DNA of 64,000 nucleotides from a virus: positions 32,001 to 96,000 of the IMG/VR virus record IMGVR_UViG_3300035180_001452; one strand, written 5' to 3'. Under the pieces are notes generated by a model. It ran no database searches, was not told the origin of the DNA, and saw only the letters and a list, made by a program, of their open reading frames with translations. Every line of letters starts with the position of its first letter. Within the stretch, counting starts at the first letter, position 1. Of the stretch, positions 58,831 to 64,000 are shown one piece after another. The translations under genes were made by a program, and so were the position numbers.

Positions 58831-59223
58831 ATGACGCCTCGCGAGAAGTATCTTGCGGGATTCTGGGCGTTGTTTGAGCCCGTAATTCCCGCAGCCCTCC
58901 GGACGGTAGTCCGGAGGACCGTCCGGCTTAGTAAAAGCCGTCAAACGTTTGAGACTGCTCTCGTAGTAGTCTCAATCGAAGTCGGTGGGCGAACCCTTAG
59001 GATGGTTCGACAGCCGATCAAGGACTCCCAAACGGGAGTCCTTGCGAGCAGTGGCTGGAAGATCGCTTGGGTTTTCCAGCCAGATCCAGAGAATGGAACG
59101 TATGTTCCATTTCCCGAGGGCCGGTGCGTTTGGCTGGCCCCGGGATCCGACCAGCCCAAGATCGGGTTGGTCGGGGACCTTCTCCGGGAGGCGTACGGAC
59201 TCCCGGAGAGGATCAACCGGTAG
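58831..59223 (+). CDS. Cassette protein, family 2 (divergent)
   Basis: MTPREKYLAGF...SGWKIA...VWLAPGSDQPKIG. Confidence 0.8.
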   Translation: MTPREKYLAGFWALFEPVIPAALRTVVRRTVRLSKSRQTFETALVVVSIEVGGRTLRMVRQPIKDSQTGVLASSGWKIAWVFQPDPENGTYVPFPEGRCVWLAPGSDQPKIGLVGDLLREAYGLPERINR

Positions 59224-59349
59224 CTTTGTATAAGGAGGAGAAGGCTAGTATTTTCTCCTCCTTATACTACGACTGGTGATTTTTTTACCGGGAGGTGTGT
59301 TCCGTCAGCTTATGCGTAAGTATAGGCTCGGATCACATCTCCCGGTAGA

Positions 59350-59491
59350 AAGGCAAAAGTAAAAATGACCTGACTACCTATTGGTAGCTGGCGCTAGATT
59401 AGTTAATACTTTAGGGGTAGTATTAACTATCTAGTGTATAGCTCTAATATTAAGGTGTGGCTGCAATAGGGCTAACGCCCTTCCTTTTTAT
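59350..59491 (+). ncRNA. Element C copy 5 (most diverged)
   Basis: CTAGATTAGTTAATACT/AGTATTAACTATCTAG; identical 3' end. Confidence 0.5.
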
Positions 59492-59540
59492 ATTGAGTGC
59501 TTAGAGGACATGAGCCTCTGCACTCAGAAAGGAGATGTAG

Positions 59541-59945
59541 ATGATTGCGGGTGTCTTGGTCGGGCTCATCGAGCAGCTGCTGCTCGGTGACTTCAGCATC
59601 TTAGGGCGGTATGTGCTTGGTAACCCTAAGATGCACGAGTGCTGTCACAAGACATTGGTTGTTGATGGTGCCGCTGTGTTGGTCACCGTTGCCGTGTCCG
59701 GTTTTGGTCACGGTATCGTGACCGTCTCCTCTAGCTCCTCTAGCGGTACCTATGGTGCTCGGTCTGTGGAGGTAGTGGGCATCATGGGACTCCCGGATCA
59801 TACCTGGGCCGTCAACGGGCATACCGTTGATGGTGGGAGGCTGATCTCAGTGGAGGAGGTCGTTGGAAAGGTTGGTGTTGGTGGAAGCTTCGCGTGGAAG
59901 GGCGTATGCAAGGAGGTGGTGGACCTCTACCTTAAGTTGAGGTAG
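59541..59945 (+). CDS. Cassette protein, singleton (Val/Gly-rich)
   Basis: SD AAGGAG after repeat B; ends in a stop-codon hairpin. Confidence 0.75.
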   Translation: MIAGVLVGLIEQLLLGDFSILGRYVLGNPKMHECCHKTLVVDGAAVLVTVAVSGFGHGIVTVSSSSSSGTYGARSVEVVGIMGLPDHTWAVNGHTVDGGRLISVEEVVGKVGVGGSFAWKGVCKEVVDLYLKLR

Positions 59946-60578
59946 AGGTCCAGCCTGAGGAGGAGGGGCTAATGCCCCTCCTTCTTGGGCTGTCTGAGGG
60001 CTAAAAGTTTGTTACTACTCTCTGACAAATGTCTACATGTTTAGGGGCTAACGCCCCTCTTTTTAGTGCTGGGGTATAGTACTATACCCTAGGAGGATGT
60101 TACATGGTACGTCCAGATGGCATCCGATTCGGGGCCTTCGGCCCCTGTTGCTATGCCGGGCATACCATGACGGCAATCTTCTTTACTACAAAGACTACCG
60201 GTAGGGTGCAATCCTGCCTGTACTTTTAGTAATAGCCTATACTCAAGTAAACAGTACCGGGAAGTGTGCACACTCTCCGGTATATCAGTCATAGCTACGC
60301 TATGGTATCAGTAGCAGCTACACTAGAGCTTTAGCCGGTAGGTTTCAGTCGCAGCTAGGCTATGATCTTTTGGTGAAAGTGGCCACCATAGGGCAAAAAG
60401 TGCCACATTTTTGGGCCGAAAATGGACAAAAATGGGCCAAAACATGGATGGGTACTTTTGGGGCTATGGGAGCCACTTATCCAATAGCCTATAGCTACTT
60501 TACCTGGGTAAACAATACTCACCCTGCGGTAAGGGTGTTTACATATAGTGCACAGTTGGTAGACTACCAGAGAGGAGG

Positions 60579-61016
60579 ATGGATATGGTAGTCAGAGTCC
60601 TCTTGGGGAGGACGACAAACCCCAGGAGGGGGCTGGATACTACGGTCAAGTCAGGAAACGGACTTGGCCGTACGTTCGCTCCCTCCTGGGAGCTGGTCCT
60701 GGGATTCAAGAACTACCAGGACCAGCAGGCGGGCAGGGTAGCTCGCTTCCCAGGGTATAATCCTATATCCTGGGAAGAATACTCCCTTTTCTACCGGGAG
60801 ATGTTGAACAGTCTCCCGGTAGACGGTAAGGGGATCCCGTACGCTGTGCGGGATCTTTACAACTTCGGAAAGGAGCAGCCCGGTAACGTGCTGCTTCTAC
60901 GTTGCTACTGCTCGGTAGCAACCCCGTGCTGTCACAACCAGCTAATCATTGATTGGCTGGTTGGGAGGTGGCCGAAGGCCTTCGGCCTCCTCCAGGATAG
61001 CCTCCCCGGTATCTAG
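60579..61016 (+). CDS. DUF488-like protein
   Basis: FAPSWELV...ISWEEY..FY..ML...LLRCYC.....CH; SD GAGGAGG (start possibly 60585). Confidence 0.65.
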   Translation: MDMVVRVLLGRTTNPRRGLDTTVKSGNGLGRTFAPSWELVLGFKNYQDQQAGRVARFPGYNPISWEEYSLFYREMLNSLPVDGKGIPYAVRDLYNFGKEQPGNVLLLRCYCSVATPCCHNQLIIDWLVGRWPKAFGLLQDSLPGI

Positions 61017-61166
61017 TATATCGGGGAGAAAGCCAAGCAGGACGTGGTGCGTTCGATACTACGTCCTGCTTGGCACTACTCAAGTATACCATCGGAATAC
61101 CTTTTGCTCTGATCCTGATGGTGAAACTAGCCTTGCACATGAGAGCGAGGCAGAGAGGAGAGAGAA

Positions 61167-61847
61167 GTGAATAGTATGGATCGGGAAGAGGTGTGGCGTA
61201 CCTGCCCACCGTGGCTAAGAAACGCTGCCCTGGCTATAGCCAGGGGATATGACCACGGATGGTCGCGATCGACAGCCGTTCCGTCAGCTCCTTACTTTTG
61301 GGAGTATGACGACCCATTTCCTTCTCTCAGTGAGATTGAAGAAGGGACACCAGAGGGACCCCTTGGCAAGGGGATCACACAGCCTGATATCTCGTTCGAA
61401 GATGGGCGATACTTTGCCCGACATAGAACGGGAACTGGTAGGGTCTTTATAGAAGTTGCGGTAGACCCTACGAATGATTGTGACCTTTCTTATACGGTCA
61501 TTGTCTCCAGACCCAGTGGAGAAATCGCCTCTGGTACCAAGGTTGGTAATGAGGTATACGTGACTGCAGATCGGGCAGTTTGGGGGACTCGCCATGAGGA
61601 CGCTTGGGAGAAGGCGTGGAAAGCTCTTGGGATTCCTGCTCCCAAGTTCCCCAGCAAGGTTCTTAGGACCATTGAGAAGAACCTTGTTGTAGATGGTAAG
61701 GGACTGAAAGTCGATCCCTTGCGCTGTAGGGTTACGGTACTCCCTACAGCAGTGCTCTCAGTAGAGGACCTTCTAAGCCTTAGGAGGGCTGAGAAGGTCG
61801 AGATAGTTGATATTGTCGGTCAGAGCTATGACCTCACTATCAGCTGA
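61167..61847 (+). CDS. Hypothetical protein, tandem paralog 1
   Basis: Clearly similar to 61897-62568 throughout (APYFWEYDD..PSL.EIEEGTPEGPLGKGIT). Confidence 0.82.
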   Translation: MNSMDREEVWRTCPPWLRNAALAIARGYDHGWSRSTAVPSAPYFWEYDDPFPSLSEIEEGTPEGPLGKGITQPDISFEDGRYFARHRTGTGRVFIEVAVDPTNDCDLSYTVIVSRPSGEIASGTKVGNEVYVTADRAVWGTRHEDAWEKAWKALGIPAPKFPSKVLRTIEKNLVVDGKGLKVDPLRCRVTVLPTAVLSVEDLLSLRRAEKVEIVDIVGQSYDLTIS

Positions 61848-61896
61848 AGTCGTAACAGCCTTGCACATGAGAGCGAGGCAGAGAGGAGAAAACAGC

Positions 61897-62568
61897 ATGA
61901 GCCGGGAAGAGGTGTGGCAATCGATGCCGGTGTCTTTGCGGAATACTGCGCTGGGAATCGCCCGTGCCTATGGGCACGGGTGGGCGTGGTCAACAGTAGT
62001 GCCAGCTGCTCCCTACTTTTGGGAGTACGATGACGTTGTTCCTTCCCTCGAGGAAATCGAGGAAGGAACACCGGAGGGTCCCCTCGGGAAGGGGATCACT
62101 GGGCCAGATATATCGTTCAGGGATGGACGATACTTCGTCTTCCATAAGACTGGGACCGGTAGAGTCACTATCGAGGTCTCAGTGGATCCAGTATCAGATC
62201 CGGGGACAACCTACGAGGTAGTAGTATCCCGCCCCAATGGGGATAGCGCGGTCGGTATTCGGGATGGGAAGAGAACCGAGGATAACGTACGGACGTTCGC
62301 GGATTGGTCCATCTGGGGAATTCGCCACGAGAACGCCTGGAAGAAGGCGTGGGTGGCTCTCGGGATTCCTGCTCCCGAGTTCCCTGGAAAGCTCCTTGAG
62401 AAGGAGCTTGTTGTGAGTGGAAACCTGGAGGGTGATCCTCTGTACTCCAAGGTTAAGATCCTCCCCAAATCGGTTCTTTCTGTGGAGGATCTTTTGCGGC
62501 TCAGAAGGGCTGCATCGGTAGAGATAGTTGATGAGGTAGGGCAGGTCTACCCCCTGATCATCGGGTAG
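61897..62568 (+). CDS. Hypothetical protein, tandem paralog 2
   Basis: ATG behind the same leader and GAGGAG SD. Confidence 0.82.
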   Translation: MSREEVWQSMPVSLRNTALGIARAYGHGWAWSTVVPAAPYFWEYDDVVPSLEEIEEGTPEGPLGKGITGPDISFRDGRYFVFHKTGTGRVTIEVSVDPVSDPGTTYEVVVSRPNGDSAVGIRDGKRTEDNVRTFADWSIWGIRHENAWKKAWVALGIPAPEFPGKLLEKELVVSGNLEGDPLYSKVKILPKSVLSVEDLLRLRRAASVEIVDEVGQVYPLIIG

Positions 62569-62670
62569 AACCGCCACAGAGGAGAGGGAGATCACACCCT
62601 CCCTCTCTTCTGAATACAGGATCTAGGTGTGAACAACACCCCCCGCGCCTAGCGGGGAAAGGAGAGAACA

Positions 62671-63384
62671 GTGGGATTTCTGAAGATCGCTGAGCTGCCC
62701 GAATGGGCAGTATCAGCAGTACGATCCATGGTGGATCGGAGCATTGACCGAAGGGTTTTTGTACTTTCCGGGGATGAGATCCTCGGAAAGGTCGAGGAAG
62801 ACGAATATGCAGTACCAGGCAGTCCGAGTCTGTCTGGTACGATCTCCCTGATGACTGGGGAGGTCTTGGAGTTTAACAACTCCCCGGTGTATCTAGCCAC
62901 GCAACTGGAGCGTGGCTCCCGTGGTATTAATCCTGTCTGCCGGGCAATCGTGCATTGCCCGGTGTCCGAAACCCCTGCGCGGTTTGCTATCGTGCAGGGG
63001 CGCTTTGGAGCGTTCCCCGCTACCATGGGGATACGTTCCAAAAGCGTTGTAGAGTTGATCGAGGCGAAACCCGCCTCGATCCCAAAGCTCGCTCAGGCTC
63101 GAGGTCTTGATGTTAAGGAACTCGAGGAGCGAGTTGCATTCCTCCGCTCCTACGCTGTTAAGAGCGGAGATTTTTGGAACTGGAGAGGCGTCCGCCTCTC
63201 TAACAGTTCCTCTTCTATTCTTGCACAGCTCGGAAATGCTGTGCAGGGAATCTCCATTGTGTCGAGGGATGGGACTGAGTACCCATTCCTCGCCCCGGTC
63301 AACGCCACATCCGTCACCGCCTCCCCGTTCGAGGCGGTTACTCCGCTTGCAGTTTCCGTTACAGTTCCGGAGGTTATCGGATAA
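62671..63384 (+). CDS. Hypothetical protein
   Basis: SD AAGGAG preceded by CCCCGC/GCGGGG hairpin. Confidence 0.75.
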   Translation: MGFLKIAELPEWAVSAVRSMVDRSIDRRVFVLSGDEILGKVEEDEYAVPGSPSLSGTISLMTGEVLEFNNSPVYLATQLERGSRGINPVCRAIVHCPVSETPARFAIVQGRFGAFPATMGIRSKSVVELIEAKPASIPKLAQARGLDVKELEERVAFLRSYAVKSGDFWNWRGVRLSNSSSSILAQLGNAVQGISIVSRDGTEYPFLAPVNATSVTASPFEAVTPLAVSVTVPEVIG

Positions 63385-63412
63385 CCTCCAGTACAGCTAG
63401 AGGGAGGTGCTC

Positions 63413-64000
63413 ATGGATGAGCATCTCCCTCCATTCTCACTACGTTGTACGTTGAAGGAGAATGGGATGAAGGCTGTCTTTGTACAGCAGCCTCGGCTGC
63501 TGGAAAGGGTTGGAAACGTGTTCACCGTGCGGGTGGACACGGATATGACGGGGACCGTTCTCCACCAGGTGTCGCATCCGGAAGAGCAGCCTGTTTTCAG
63601 GCTGCTTGGCAGCCGCATTAAAGTACCGGATCTTCGGGCATTCTACATGCCCGAGCGGACACTTTGGAACGCGAATGGTGTTAGAGGCACTATTCGCGTG
63701 GTAGACTTACCGGAACCGCTTCGCATCATCGATTCGGTGATAGGCGATGCGAAGAATGGTAAGAACTCTGCCTTTAGGGCAGACTCTATGCTCCCGTACA
63801 TCTCTAGGATGTTGCAAGTCGAGGTGTCCCATACCCAGGTAAATGCGCCTGGGATTATGGGCTTCGCGATGGGAGCTGACGGGCAGCTCTCTAGCCGGGA
63901 AGTTGCAATATCCTCCAGAATGGCGGTACGGCTTCTTAGGGTCATTTCCACCCTGCACTGGGACTGGGTGGAATGGCTGGTAAGCCGTACCCCGGAACCT
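63413..64000 (+). CDS. Hypothetical protein (partial, runs off window end)
   Basis: SD GGAGGTG, MDEHLPPFSLRC..., open to the end of the window. Confidence 0.7.
   Translation, partial: MDEHLPPFSLRCTLKENGMKAVFVQQPRLLERVGNVFTVRVDTDMTGTVLHQVSHPEEQPVFRLLGSRIKVPDLRAFYMPERTLWNANGVRGTIRVVDLPEPLRIIDSVIGDAKNGKNSAFRADSMLPYISRMLQVEVSHTQVNAPGIMGFAMGADGQLSSREVAISSRMAVRLLRVISTLHWDWVEWLVSRTPEP

Larger units (their letters stand above)
52333..59527 (+). repeat. Repeat B: leader hairpin CTGAGTGY-TT-AGRGG-ACAYGAG-CCYCT-GCACTCAG followed by AAAGG (15 copies)
   Basis: Copies near 52333, 52773, 53468, 54032, 54207, 54718, 55282, 56198, 56373, 56898, 57662, 58128, 58609, 58785, 59493. Confidence 0.95.
52738..60058 (+). 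repeat. Repeat A: AGCCTRAGGAGGAGGGGC-TAAC-GCCCCTCCTTCTTRGGCT hairpin (14 full, 6 short copies)
   Basis: Full copies near 52738, 53197, 53430, 53994, 54679, 55244, 55660, 55909, 56160, 56860, 57410, 58090, 58571, 59952. Short GGGCTAACGCCC core near 54182, 56348, 57637, 58759, 59468, 60043. Confidence 0.97.
55190..60281 (+). repeat. Element E: TACCGGGA...TC(C/T)CCGGTA-type hairpin (4 copies)
   Basis: Near 55190, 57483, 59284 (with extended inner arm) and 60254. Confidence 0.8.

Noticed and set aside
52738-60058. CRISPR array
   Set aside because: Inter-repeat segments are ~200-700 nt or more, variable, and contain SD-led ORFs. No cas genes in the window.
52738-60058. Canonical integron attC sites
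   Set aside because: TAAC lies in a hairpin loop rather than in paired RYYYAAC/GTTRRRY ends, and no integrase is seen.
61032-61074. tRNA (GTTCGAT in a stem loop)
   Set aside because: Single 16-bp hairpin with no cloverleaf.

Overview
Fragment of a large tailed dsDNA phage with a contractile tail (myovirus-like; host not determinable, SD sites AAGGAGG/GAGGTGA). Bases 1-52.2 kb are a minus-strand, AT- and CTAG-rich morphogenesis region. It encodes terminase, portal, prohead protease, major capsid, neck proteins, two sheath paralogs, three tube paralogs, tail chaperones, a 2259-aa tape-measure-like protein, a 2604-aa protein with a DEDDh exonuclease domain, and a >1960-aa baseplate-hub-like protein with a lytic transglycosylase domain (absent from the ORF track because it runs off the edge). 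Three of these genes carry inteins. A papain-like protease and a GT9-like gene sit behind their own extended -10 motifs. At ~52.3 kb strand and composition switch to a GC-richer plus-strand region, which is the most unusual part of the window. From 52.3 to 60.1 kb, 15 small genes from a few paralog families alternate with a stereotyped set of hairpins: a gene-specific hairpin containing the stop codon, a conserved ~40-nt cUAACg hairpin (14 full and 6 short copies), and a leader hairpin with an ACAUGAG loop (15 copies plus 2 in an unrelated stem) just before the SD. Five copies of a ~140-nt non-coding multi-hairpin element occupy gene-like slots. G-U pairs, compensatory changes and shuffled order suggest an RNA-structured, recombining cassette array that is neither CRISPR nor a canonical integron. 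Functional calls come from motif recognition by eye, and counts and coordinates were read manually.
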